Made by a program: the position numbers and the translations under genes
In this document: in pieces, positions 1 to 12,056 of the stretch
Position numbering within the stretch: position 1 is the stretch's first letter
How the letters are laid out: every line of letters starts with the position of its first letter
Notes under the pieces: model-generated
What the model was told of the DNA's origin: nothing
Databases searched by the model: none
The model's input: the letters and a program-made list of their open reading frames with translations, nothing else
Assembly: GCA_903927755.1 (NCBI GenBank)
Contig: CAIYOD010000072.1
Coordinates: 53,254-117,253 of the forward strand
Direction of reading: 5' to 3'
Source: an uncultured Thermoleophilia bacterium
GTDB taxonomy: Bacteria; Actinomycetota; Thermoleophilia; UBA2241
DNA length: 64,000 nt

Positions 1-380
1 AGCCGATGCCGCCGCCGACGAGCAGCGCGTTGGTGACGCCCTCTGTGGGGAACGCGCTGCCGAGCGGCCCGGCGACGTCCACGTTGTCGCCGACGTCGAG
101 CTGCGTGAGCTGCTCGCTGCCGCCGCCGCGCGCCTCCACGAGCAGGCCGATGCGGTCGCCGTGCGCGGCGAACAGCGAGATGGGCCGGCGGAGCAGGAAC
201 CCGCCGCCGGGCACGGTCACCATGACGAACTGGCCCGGGGCCGCCCGCCGCGCAACGCGCGGCGCGATGAGCTCGACGGCGGCGAACGCGCCGAAGTGAC
301 GCACGCCGGCGACCCGGCAGTGAGACGTCTCCGCCCACTGGGAGTGGTCGCCGCAGGTCTGTGCGTCAGCGTCGCTCATG
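1..380 (-). CDS. pyrK: dihydroorotate dehydrogenase electron-transfer subunit PyrK; N-terminal part, gene continues past the left edge
   Basis: ATG at 378-380 lies immediately downstream of the carB stop. Minus-strand translation MSDADAQTCGDHSQW...GQFVMVTVPGGGFLLRRPISLFAAHGD fits the PyrK N-terminus. Absent from the ORF track because it is truncated. Confidence 0.75.
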
Positions 381-381
381 C

Positions 382-3572
<3,191 letters not shown>

Positions 3573-3573
<1 letters not shown>

Positions 3574-4682
3574 CAGGCCTCCCCTCCCCGCTTGAACCGG
3601 TCGATCTCGTCGCGGAACCGCGCGAAGAGATACAGCGAGTCGTGCGGACCGGGCGTCGACTCCGGGTGGTACTGCACGGAGAAGGCGAACCTGGAGGGCG
3701 AAGCGACGCCCTCGACGGTGCCGTCGTTGAGGTTCACGTGCGTGATCTCCGCATCGGGGACGCTCTCGTCCTTGACCGCGAACCCGTGGTTCTGCGTCGT
3801 GATCTCGATGACGCCGGTGCGCAGATCTTTGACCGGGTGGTTGGCGCCGCGGTGGCCGAACTTGAGCTTGAAGGTCTTCATGCCGAGCGCCTGCGCCAGG
3901 AGTTGGTGCCCCAGGCAGATGCCGAAGACGGGGACTTTGCCCAGCAGCCGCTCGATGGCCTTGACGGCGTAGGTGACCGCGGCCGGGTCGCCGGGGCCGT
4001 TGCTGAGAAAGACGCCGTCGGGCTCGAGCTTGAGGACTTCGCGAGCGCTCGTCTGCGCCGGCACCACGGTCACGCGGAAGCCGCAACCGGCGAGATAGCC
4101 GAGCATGGAGCGCTTGATGCCGTAGTCGTAGGCCACCACGTGCAGGTCGGGCGCCGGAGCCCCTTCGGGCGCCGGCGCCTCGTACGTCGCGTCGCACGTG
4201 ACGACCTTGGCGAGGTCCAGGCCGCCCATGACGGGCAGCCCCAGGGCCGACTTGCGCAGGTGCTTGACGTCGGCGACATCGGTGCTGACCACCGCCCGCA
4301 GCGCGCCCTTCTCCCGGATGTGCCGGGTGAGGGCGCGCGTGTCCACGCCGGTCACGGCGAGGACGCCGTGCTCCGCCAGCCAGTCGAGCCACGTCTGGCG
4401 GGACGACCGGTTGAAGCGGTAGTTGGTGAGCTCACGGGCGATGATGGCGCGCGCGTGCGCCTTGCCGGACTCGTCGCGGTCGGCATCGGCGCCGTAGTTG
4501 CCGTTCATCGGGAACGTGTACGTGATGAGCTGCCCGCAGTACGAGGGGTCGGTGGCGATCTCCTGGTAGCCGGCCATGCTGGTGTTGAAGACGATCTCGC
4601 CGCCCACGGAACCCGAGCCGGCGAGCGCCTCGCCGGCGAACGTGACGCCGTCCTCGAGGACGATGACCGCCGGACTAGGCAA
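3573..4682 (-). CDS. carA: carbamoyl-phosphate synthase small (glutaminase) subunit
   Basis: 369 aa, [12 protein letters not shown]...; class-I glutamine amidotransferase GICLGHQ motif. Confidence 0.96.
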
Positions 4683-5991
4683 GGTCGTCCCAGGCGACGC
4701 GCCCGGTGGCGACCGTGAGACGGACCTTGCCGGTGAGCTCCTGCCCTAGCCAGGGGGAGTTCCAGGAGCGCGACTGCAGGGTCTCCGGACTGACCGTCCA
4801 GACCGCCGCCGGGTCGACGACGCAGAGGTCGGCGGTCACGCCGGCGGCGATCGCCGGTGCGTCCAGCCCGGCGATCCGGGCCGGCGCCGCACTCATCCTC
4901 GTGACGAGGGTGCCGAGATCCAGGTCGCGGGACTCCACGAGCTCCTTGTGGAGGACGCTGAAGGCGGTCTCGAGGCCGATGCACCCGAAGGGCGCCTCTT
5001 CGTAGGGCACGTCCTTCTCCTCGGAGGCGTGCGGCGCATGGTCCGTCGCAACGCAGTCGACCAGCCCGCTTCTGAGCGCCTCGACGAGCGCCTTGCGGTC
5101 GCTCTCGGCGCGCAGCGGCGGGTTCATCTTGAGGTTGGGGTCGAGCGAGGCCACGCACTCGTCCGTGAGGGTGAGGTGGTGCGGGGTGGCCTCGACGGTG
5201 ACCCGCACGCCGGCCTCCTTCGCCCGCGCGATGGCCTCGAGCGACTTCTCGGTGCTCACGTGGCAGACGTGCAGTTCCGCGTCCTCGTACGCGGCGATGT
5301 CGAGCGTCCGCGAGACATCGAGGCTCTCGCAGAGATCCGGGATGCCGGTGAGACCGAGGCGCGCAGAGGCCGGGCCCTCGTGCATCTGCCCGCCCTTGAA
5401 GAGCGAAGCGTCCTGCGCGTGGACGGCGATGAAGCGCTTGCTCACCTTGACGTACTGGAGCGCGCGCCGGGTGATCGCCGCCGTGGGCAGCGGCATGCCG
5501 TCGTCGCTGAACGCCACGGCGCCGGCGGCGCCGAGCTCGCCCATCTCGGTGAGCTCCTGGCCCTCGAGCCCCTTGGTGACGGCGGCGAAGAAGCCGACAG
5601 GGATGAGTGCGTCGGCCTCGGCCTGTCTCGCCATGCCCTTGAGCAGGCTCGCGTTGTCCATCACGGGCTCGGTGTTGGCCATGCCGAAGGCGGCGACGTA
5701 GCCACCGGCCGCGGCGGCGGCCGAGGCGGTCGCGAGGTCCTCTTCGTCCTCGCGACCCGGCGTGCGGAAGTGCGCGTGGAGGTCGACGAAGCCCGGCAGG
5801 ACGAGCATGCCGGCGGCGTCGACCACGCGCGTGTTCTTGCCGGCCTTGAGATCCTTTCCGACCTCGACGATCTTGCCCTTCTTGACGAGCACGTCCTGCA
5901 CGGCGTCGACGCCCGACTCGGGATCGACGACGCGGCCGCCCTTGATCAGCAGCTCGGCGGCGGGGAGAGGCTTGCACCACGTCCGTTCCAT
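4675..5991 (-). CDS. pyrC: dihydroorotase
   Basis: Internal start MERTWCKPLPAAELLIKGG, 438 aa. Motifs DLHAHFRTPG and HVCHVST. Start overlaps the pyrB stop. Confidence 0.93.
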   Translation of the reverse strand: MERTWCKPLPAAELLIKGGRVVDPESGVDAVQDVLVKKGKIVEVGKDLKAGKNTRVVDAAGMLVLPGFVDLHAHFRTPGREDEEDLATASAAAAAGGYVAAFGMANTEPVMDNASLLKGMARQAEADALIPVGFFAAVTKGLEGQELTEMGELGAAGAVAFSDDGMPLPTAAITRRALQYVKVSKRFIAVHAQDASLFKGGQMHEGPASARLGLTGIPDLCESLDVSRTLDIAAYEDAELHVCHVSTEKSLEAIARAKEAGVRVTVEATPHHLTLTDECVASLDPNLKMNPPLRAESDRKALVEALRSGLVDCVATDHAPHASEEKDVPYEEAPFGCIGLETAFSVLHKELVESRDLDLGTLVTRMSAAPARIAGLDAPAIAAGVTADLCVVDPAAVWTVSPETLQSRSWNSPWLGQELTGKVRLTVATGRVAWDDLA

Positions 5992-6932
5992 CAGAGCACC
6001 TCCCCACTCGCAGCACCGTCGCTGTAGCCGACGATGGTCCGGTACAGGATCGCCATGCGCACCGCGAGGCCGCTGAAGACCTGGTGGGCGATCAGGTTCT
6101 CGTCGTCGTCGGCGATGTCCGACGCGATCTCGACGCCGCGGTTGATGGGGCCGGGGTGCATGACTCTCTGCTTGGGTCCGAGCCTCGCCTGCGAGATGCC
6201 CCAGAGCTGGCTGTACTCGCGCAGCGAGGGCAGGTACGCGGCGCCGGCCTTGATGCGCTCCTTCTGGATGCGGAGAAGGTAGATGACGTCCGCGTCCTTG
6301 AGGTTGGCGAGGTCGTACTCTACCTTGACGCCCATCTCCTCGATGCCGCGCGGCATGAGCGTCGGCGGGGCGACCAGCGTGACCTCCATGCCGAGCATCT
6401 GGAAGCCCATGATGTCGCTGCGCGCGACGCGGCTGTGGAGGATGTCGCCGATGATGAAGACCTTGAGGCCGTCGAGGTCGCGGCCGAGGTTCTGGCGCAT
6501 GCTGAAGAGGTCGAGCAGGCACTGCGTGGGGTGCTGGTGCTTGCCGTCGCCGGCGTTGATGACGCTCGCCTCGGTGTTGGCCGAGAGCGTCTGACAGGCG
6601 CCGGCCGACGGGTGGCGCATGACGATGATGTCGGGCGAGTAGGCGCTCAGCGTGATCGCCGTGTCCTTGAGCGTCTCGCCCTTCTCGACGGCCGAGCCGC
6701 TGGCCTTGAGGGCCAGGGTGTCGGCCGAGAGGCGCTTGGCGGCGAGGTCGAAGCTTGACGACGTGCGCGTCGAGGCCTCCCAGAAGAGGTTGATGATCGT
6801 GCGCCCGCGGAGCGTCGGCACCTTCTTGATGTCGCGTTCGAGCACCGGGAGGAAGCTCTCAGCCGTGTCGAGCAGCAACTCGACGTCGGCCCGCGAGAGG
6901 TCCTCGATGCTGATCAGGTCCCGCTTGGGCAT
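5991..6932 (-). CDS. pyrB: aspartate carbamoyltransferase catalytic subunit
   Basis: Start MPKRDLISIEDL; motifs STRTR and HPTQ. The track ORF extends upstream through an alternative GTG. Confidence 0.95.
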   Translation of the reverse strand: MPKRDLISIEDLSRADVELLLDTAESFLPVLERDIKKVPTLRGRTIINLFWEASTRTSSSFDLAAKRLSADTLALKASGSAVEKGETLKDTAITLSAYSPDIIVMRHPSAGACQTLSANTEASVINAGDGKHQHPTQCLLDLFSMRQNLGRDLDGLKVFIIGDILHSRVARSDIMGFQMLGMEVTLVAPPTLMPRGIEEMGVKVEYDLANLKDADVIYLLRIQKERIKAGAAYLPSLREYSQLWGISQARLGPKQRVMHPGPINRGVEIASDIADDDENLIAHQVFSGLAVRMAILYRTIVGYSDGAASGEVL

Positions 6933-6934
6933 GG

Positions 6935-7519
6935 TCACGCCTCCTTGGAGCGCACGAGGACGACCTCGTCGACGCCGTCGCACTCGTCGACTCGCACGCT
7001 GATGCGTTCGCGCGAGGCCGTGGGCAGGTTCTTGCCGACGTAGTCAGGCCGGATGGGCAGCTCGCGATGGCCGCGATCCACGAGGACCGCGAGCTGCACC
7101 GTCGCCGGCCGCCCGTAGTCGAAGAGGGCGTCGATGGCGGCTCGGATGGTGCGCCCCGTGTAGAGGACGTCGTCGACCAGGACGACGCGGGCGCCGTCGA
7201 TGGTGAACGGGAGGTCGGTGTCCTTGACGACGGGCTGCGGCGTGCTCGGGATGACCCCGACCGCGCCGCGCGCGGCGACGTCGTCGCGGTAGAAAGAGAT
7301 GTCGAGGTTGCCGGCGGCGTAGTCGCGGCCGCCGACCTCGCAGAGCAGCTTGTGGATGCGCGCGCCGAGAAAGGCGCCGCGGGTGTGGATGCCCACGACG
7401 GCGAGCTTCTCGCTGCCGGGGTTCTTCTCCAGGATCTCGTGTGCGATGCGCGTGATGGTGCGCGACATCTGCTCGGCCGTGAGGATGACCGTCTCACTGG
7501 CGGGTCTGGGTTCAGGCAT
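6935..7519 (-). CDS. pyrR: bifunctional pyrimidine operon regulator / uracil phosphoribosyltransferase PyrR
   Basis: MPEPRPASETVILTAEQMSRTITRIAHEIL aligns to the B. subtilis PyrR N-terminus, and a PRTase motif (VVLVDDVLYTGRT) is present. An alternative in-frame GTG lies at 7562-7564, just after the PyrR-box hairpin. Confidence 0.9.
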   Translation of the reverse strand: MPEPRPASETVILTAEQMSRTITRIAHEILEKNPGSEKLAVVGIHTRGAFLGARIHKLLCEVGGRDYAAGNLDISFYRDDVAARGAVGVIPSTPQPVVKDTDLPFTIDGARVVLVDDVLYTGRTIRAAIDALFDYGRPATVQLAVLVDRGHRELPIRPDYVGKNLPTASRERISVRVDECDGVDEVVLVRSKEA

Positions 7520-7571
7520 AAAAAGAGCGCCGCCGGGCCCTGATGGCGTACGGCAACGCTGCACCCCCTTT

Positions 7572-7586
7572 CCGTCTCTCGGGACG
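7572..7586 (-). promoter_or_regulatory. candidate PyrR-binding RNA hairpin in the pyr leader
   Basis: Leader RNA reads CGUC-CCGAGA-GACG. It matches the PyrR box core UCCNGNGAGG except at the last position. It lies about 20 nt downstream of a putative -35 TTGCTG (7631-7636) and -10 TACAGT (7607-7612). Confidence 0.5.
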
Positions 7587-7744
7587 TGGATTAAAGGTCG
7601 AGTCGTACTGTAGCAGCCGCGCCGGGGCCGCAGCAAGGTCGGGGGACGCGTCCTCGGCGTCGGAATCGGCACAAATGCATGTGCGGCTGTGGGCCCGGCG
7701 GCGATGCCGGTCCGGGCGGCCTTCCCTGGGTGCCGGCGCGGGAG

Positions 7745-8674
7745 TCAGCCGAGGGGTTGGGCCGGCAGGCCGAGGCCCTCGAGGAACGCGGACAGCTCGG
7801 GCGGGAGCGAGCTGGAACAGGTGATCTCCCGCCCGTCCTCAGGATGCGGGAAGGCGAGGTGGGCGGCGTGCAGGAACTGCCGGGAGAGGCCCTCTGGACG
7901 AGGCGGCCGGCCGTACTGGACGTCGCCGGCCACCGGATAGCCCAGCGCCGAGAAGTGCACTCTGATCTGGTGCGTGCGCCCGGTCTCGAGGCGCACGCGG
8001 GTCAGCGTGAAGCCGGGGGCGCGCCCGAGCACCTCGAAGTGGGTCACGGCGCGGCGCCCGGCGGCGGTGTGCAGCGACATCCGCTTGCGGTCGCGCAGGT
8101 GCCGCCCGATGGGCGCATCGATCGTCCCTTCGTCTTGCGGCAGGCGGCCGCTGAGCAGGGCGAGGTACGTGCGGTGGATGTCCCGGCGCTCCATGGCGGC
8201 GACCAGGCGCTGGTACGCCTCGTCGCGCCGCGCCACGATGAGCAGGCCGGACGTGTCCTTGTCGAGTCGGTGGACGATGCCGGGGCGCGATTCGTGCCCT
8301 CCCCGCGCTCCCTTCGCCACCAGCCCCTGAGCGAGCGTGCCGTGCTCGTTGCCGGGCGCCGGATGCACCACGACGCCCGCCGGTTTGTCGACCACGAGCA
8401 GCCAGTCGTCCTCATACACGATGCCGAAGGGGACCGGCTCCGCCGTCAGGGTCCCGGGGGCCGGCGGCGGGACCTGCCAGACCACCTCTTCGCCGGCGCG
8501 CAGTACGTGCTTCTTGAGCGCCGGCGCACCGTCCACGAGCACGAGGCCTCCGGCGATCAGGCGCTGGGCGGCGGCCCGGCTGACCCCCGCATGGGCCGCG
8601 AGCGCCACGTCGAGGCGCTCCCCCGCATCGTCCTCGGCGGCGCGAAAGGCGTGAGGTTCACTCCCGGCTGCCAA
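7745..8674 (-). CDS. rluD: 23S rRNA pseudouridine synthase, RluA family (RluD-like), with S4 domain
   Basis: 309 aa with an S4 N-terminus and the HRLDKDTSGLL catalytic motif. Lies in the lspA-rluD-pyrR arrangement known from Bacillus. Confidence 0.9.
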   Translation of the reverse strand: MAAGSEPHAFRAAEDDAGERLDVALAAHAGVSRAAAQRLIAGGLVLVDGAPALKKHVLRAGEEVVWQVPPPAPGTLTAEPVPFGIVYEDDWLLVVDKPAGVVVHPAPGNEHGTLAQGLVAKGARGGHESRPGIVHRLDKDTSGLLIVARRDEAYQRLVAAMERRDIHRTYLALLSGRLPQDEGTIDAPIGRHLRDRKRMSLHTAAGRRAVTHFEVLGRAPGFTLTRVRLETGRTHQIRVHFSALGYPVAGDVQYGRPPRPEGLSRQFLHAAHLAFPHPEDGREITCSSSLPPELSAFLEGLGLPAQPLG

Positions 8675-9107
8675 GGACCACCTGCAGCCCGAGGAAGATG
8701 GTCCCCACGACGATGGCCGCGTCTGCGATGTTGAAGCGCGGCCAGCCGTAGAACCCGATGAAGTCGACCACGGCGCCGTCGAAGCGCAGCCGGTCGATGA
8801 GGTTGCCGATCGCCCCGCCCAGGATCACGCCGAGCGCAGCTCGGTAGCGCGGCGGGCTGAAGACCAGCGCGACGGCCACGCCGGCGGCCACGACCGCCAC
8901 CAGCACGACGACGATGCTCCCCTGGCCCGCGAAGCGGCTGAACGAGATGCCGGAGTTGTAGGTGAGGTCGATCTGAAGGCCGGCGACCAGCTTGAACGGG
9001 AGGCTGTCCCCCGCCGCCCGCACCAGCCACTTGGTGAGCTGGTCGGCGACCACGACGGCTGCCGCCAGCGCCAGGGCGAGGGCGTAGCCCTGCTTACTTC
9101 TTGCCAC
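8658..9107 (-). CDS. lspA: lipoprotein signal peptidase II
   Basis: 149 aa with a GTG start and four transmembrane segments. Motifs NSGISF and NLIDRL, and the FNIAD active-site region. Confidence 0.92.
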   Translation of the reverse strand: MARSKQGYALALALAAAVVVADQLTKWLVRAAGDSLPFKLVAGLQIDLTYNSGISFSRFAGQGSIVVVLVAVVAAGVAVALVFSPPRYRAALGVILGGAIGNLIDRLRFDGAVVDFIGFYGWPRFNIADAAIVVGTIFLGLQVVLGSRE

Positions 9108-9258
9108 GCGGCTTCGGGACGCTGTCCAGTTCCTTGACGTCCGTGTGGCCCATGGGGCACGTCGGTTCCTTGGTCTTGCCGCTCCGTCCGCCGTCGTTCA
9201 CGACGATGTTCAGCGGATAGGTCGCCTTGCAGCGCTTGCAGTAGGCGAGCTTCGCCAT
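9094..9258 (-). CDS. 54-aa zinc-ribbon protein (FmdB-like C-x2-C ... C-P-x-G-H)
   Basis: Translated by hand: MAKLAYCKRCKATYPLNIVVNDGGRSGKTKEPTCPMGHTDVKELDSVPKPRGKK. ATG at 9256-9258 and TAA at 9094-9096. Below the ORF-track size cutoff. Overlaps the lspA start. Confidence 0.55.
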   Translation of the reverse strand: MAKLAYCKRCKATYPLNIVVNDGGRSGKTKEPTCPMGHTDVKELDSVPKPRGKK

Positions 9259-9278
9259 CGGTAACTCCTTTGGTTGCT

Positions 9279-9518
9279 TCAGAGGTCGAGTCTACGCCTC
9301 GCCTCGAGAAGGGTCACGCCGCTCAGATGCAGGAGCTTTCGTCTCGACCTGCCGCCGGCGACCACGGTGACGTCCGCGCGCCGCGTGCCGAGCTCCCGCG
9401 CCAGGAAGCGTATCAGTTCGTCGTTCGCCCGGCCCTCGATGGCCCGTGCCGCCAGGCGCACACGCAGCCGGTCGTCGGCGACGCCGATGATCTCGCTGTT
9501 CCTGGCGCCAGGCGTCAC
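9279..9518 (-). CDS. DUF167 (YggU) family protein
   Basis: 79 aa; ...NSEIIGVADDRLRVRLAARAIEGRANDELIRFLARELGTRRADVTVVAGGRSRRK matches the UPF0235 core. Confidence 0.75.
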   Translation of the reverse strand: MTPGARNSEIIGVADDRLRVRLAARAIEGRANDELIRFLARELGTRRADVTVVAGGRSRRKLLHLSGVTLLEARRRLDL

Positions 9519-9567
9519 CCAGACGGCGAGGCTCAGGCCGTCCCGCGCCTCCGAGAGTGGCCCGCTG

Positions 9568-10515
9568 TCACCACTTGAACTCGTTCTCGTTCACCCCAGT
9601 GTCCACGTCGGCGAGCAGGTCGTCGCTCTCGCCGAAGAGGATGCGTTCGCGCCGCCGCGGCTGGTCGTCCTCGGCGGCGTCTCCGTCATCGGCCGGACGA
9701 GCGGCCGTGATCTCCGGGTCGTCGCCCGGCGGCCGGCCCGGCTGGCTCATGGTGTCGTCCGGCGCCGGCGACGGGGCTTCACGCCGCGCAGCCTCTCCTT
9801 CAGGCGCAACGTGCACGCCCGCCTGAACACCTCCGCGTCCGCGCGCCGGCGCGACAGCGGGAGTGTCGGGCACCGGTCGCTGCGGCGTCTCCCGCTGGGT
9901 AACGGGGGGCTTCGGCGGCTGCACAGGCGCGACCTCGACACGCTCGGGCTCCGGCGCTCGAACCTCGGGAGTCTCGGGACGCTCCGGCACGGATTCGCGC
10001 GCTATGGCCTCCTTGATGGCCTCCGCGTGCCGCGAGAAGTCCGGCGCCGGCGGGACGGCCGCCGCCGCTACGTCTGGCTGCTCCTGCAGCAACCTCATGT
10101 AGCCCTCGAGGAGCTGCCGGAACTTGAAGCGGAAGTCCTCCTCGGCACTCTTGAGCTTGGCCATCGACTGCTCGATCGCCTGGCGCTCGGAGTAGGCCTC
10201 GTTCACCATCTGGCGCGACTTGAGCTCCGCGTCCTGCAGGATGAGCTGCGACTGCTTGTTGGCGTTCTGCTTCTGCTCCTCGGCGCTGGCCTGCGCGTTG
10301 ATCAGGGTCTTCTGCAGCGTGTCCTCGATGCGCTTGTAGCCGGCGACCTTCTCCTCCAGCGCCTCGACCCGGTCCTGCAGGTCGATGTTCTCCTTGAACA
10401 GGCGCTCGTACTCGTCGGCGATCTGATCCAGGAATTCGTCAACCTCGACGTCGGCATAGCCGCGCATCCCGCGCTTGAACTCCTTGTGGCGGATGTCGAG
10501 CGGTGTGAGCTTCAT
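9568..10515 (-). CDS. divIVA: cell-division protein DivIVA (Wag31-like)
   Basis: MKLTPLDIRHKEFKRGMRGYADVEVDEFLDQIADEYERL, followed by a coiled coil and a Pro/Ala-rich C-terminal tail. Confidence 0.93.
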   Translation of the reverse strand: MKLTPLDIRHKEFKRGMRGYADVEVDEFLDQIADEYERLFKENIDLQDRVEALEEKVAGYKRIEDTLQKTLINAQASAEEQKQNANKQSQLILQDAELKSRQMVNEAYSERQAIEQSMAKLKSAEEDFRFKFRQLLEGYMRLLQEQPDVAAAAVPPAPDFSRHAEAIKEAIARESVPERPETPEVRAPEPERVEVAPVQPPKPPVTQRETPQRPVPDTPAVAPARGRGGVQAGVHVAPEGEAARREAPSPAPDDTMSQPGRPPGDDPEITAARPADDGDAAEDDQPRRRERILFGESDDLLADVDTGVNENEFKW

Positions 10516-10655
10516 CTTCTCCCCTCTCGTCGCGCGAGCCCTGCCGCGCGTCGTCTCCTGCTCTCTAAGTCCGACCGCCGCGGGGCCCTTCGGGCCGGCG
10601 GCCGCTCAATGGCGCTCCGTGTCCTCGTGGCCCTCCGTACAGTAGTGCGACGCGG

Positions 10656-11441
10656 CTACTTGAGTTCCTTGGCGCGCTCGGCGGCCGCATGCACGGCGAG
10701 CGCTACGGCCTCCGCGATATCGCGTTCCTCGAAGGCCGTGATGGCGGCTGCGGTCATGCCGCCGGGTGTCGCGGCGGAGGTGATCACGGCGTCCGGATCG
10801 CCTTCGCGGGCGATGACGGCTGCCGCTCCGTACACGCCGGCGACCGCGAGGCGGCGCGCCACGTCCCCGTCCAGCCCGCGTCGCACCGCCGCCCGCGCGA
10901 AGTCGCGCACCAGCATCGCGAGCATCCCAGGCATGCAGCCGGCGACGGCCGTGGCCGAGTCGAAGTGCAGCTCGTCGAGCACCACCACGTCCCCGGCGAG
11001 CGCGAACAGGTCTTCGGTGGCGCGCTCCTGTCCGCCCAGCGTGCCGGGCACGAAGAGGAACACGCCGAGCCCCAGGCTCGCGGCGACGTTGGGCATGACG
11101 CGCGCGACGTGGGCGTCGGCTGGCAGCGCCGCGCGGAGCTCCTCGAGCGTGACGCCCGCGGCGACCGACACGAGAGCGCGAGCGCCGAGCAGCGGAGCCG
11201 TCTCGGCGAGTACGGCGGCGACGTGCTGCGGCCGCACCGCGACGATGACGACGTCGGAAGCCTCGACGAGACCGGCAAGATCGGCGGCGACCGACGCGCC
11301 GGTCTCTTCGGCGGCCTTTGCCGCGGCGTCGGCGGACACGTCGAGGTAGGTCAGTTCGGGGGGGTCGGAGAGATTCTGCCGGCTCCATCCCTGCCCCAGA
11401 GCCCGGGCGATGTGCCCCGCTCCGATGAACCCGACCCTCAT
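10656..11441 (-). CDS. proC: pyrroline-5-carboxylate reductase
   Basis: 261 aa, MRVGFIGAGHIARAL Rossmann N-terminus. Family-level match. Confidence 0.85.
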   Translation of the reverse strand: MRVGFIGAGHIARALGQGWSRQNLSDPPELTYLDVSADAAAKAAEETGASVAADLAGLVEASDVVIVAVRPQHVAAVLAETAPLLGARALVSVAAGVTLEELRAALPADAHVARVMPNVAASLGLGVFLFVPGTLGGQERATEDLFALAGDVVVLDELHFDSATAVAGCMPGMLAMLVRDFARAAVRRGLDGDVARRLAVAGVYGAAAVIAREGDPDAVITSAATPGGMTAAAITAFEERDIAEAVALAVHAAAERAKELK

Positions 11442-11501
11442 CGCGGCCCCCCGGCGCGAGGCGCCTGAGGCAGGCCGGGCACGATGCGGGAGCGCCCGGG
11501 G

Positions 11502-12038
11502 TCAGAACTGATTGAAGAAGCCCTTCTCGATGAGCCTCGCGCGCTCCTCCGCCGAGACCTCGACGTTGCGCGGGGTGAGCAGGAAGATCTTCTCGCCGAC
11601 CCGCTGCATGCCGCCGTCCATGGCGTACGTGAGGCCGCTGCAGAAGTCGATGAGTCGCTTGGCCAGTTCAGTGTCCGAGCCCTGCAGGTTGATGATCACC
11701 GGGACGTCGACCTTGAACTTGTCGGCGATCTGCTGGGCGTCGTTGAAGTTCTTCGGGATGACGAGGTGGACCTCGACGCGCGCCGGGCGAGCCGGCTCGA
11801 GGGCGCGCACGTTCTGCTGGGACGACGACGGGGCGCGGCGGCGCGGTTCGTCGGCGAAGATGTCGTCGTAGTCGTTGCGCCCCTTGCCGCTGTTCAGCTT
11901 GCGGACGTTCGGGCGCTCCTGATACGAGCGTTCGAGCTCTTCGTGCGGCGCAAGAGTCTCATCCTCGTCGTACTCGTCCTCGTCATCGGCGATGCCGAAG
12001 TAGACCGCCACCTTGTGCCACGAATCGCCTAGGCCCAT
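11502..12038 (-). CDS. sepF: cell-division protein SepF
   Basis: 178 aa with an acidic N-terminus. The C-terminal SepF domain ...VHLVIPKNFNDAQQIADKFKVDVPVIINL is present. Confidence 0.92.
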   Translation of the reverse strand: MGLGDSWHKVAVYFGIADDEDEYDEDETLAPHEELERSYQERPNVRKLNSGKGRNDYDDIFADEPRRRAPSSSQQNVRALEPARPARVEVHLVIPKNFNDAQQIADKFKVDVPVIINLQGSDTELAKRLIDFCSGLTYAMDGGMQRVGEKIFLLTPRNVEVSAEERARLIEKGFFNQF

Positions 12039-12056
12039 CAGGTCCCTCCCTACGGG

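Noticed and set aside
7679-8734. 351-aa plus-strand ORF antisense to rluD
   Set aside because: No motifs. rluD on the opposite strand has S4 and catalytic motifs.
10516-10655. Imperfect GC-rich hairpin (CCGCCGGCCC-gaa-GGGCCCCGCGGCGG) between proC and divIVA as a possible terminator or CRISPR-like repeat
   Set aside because: A single imperfect stem with no U-tract and no repeat array. It may be a weak terminator or an attenuator, but the evidence is too thin to call.
9274-11349. 691-aa plus-strand ORF spanning the DUF167, divIVA and proC region
   Set aside because: Ser/Ala/Arg low-complexity translation. Antisense to three well-supported genes.
10606-11388. 260-aa Arg-rich minus-strand ORF overlapping proC in another frame
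   Set aside because: RRRR/GRRG low-complexity content. The proC frame has clear homology, so this is a frame artefact.
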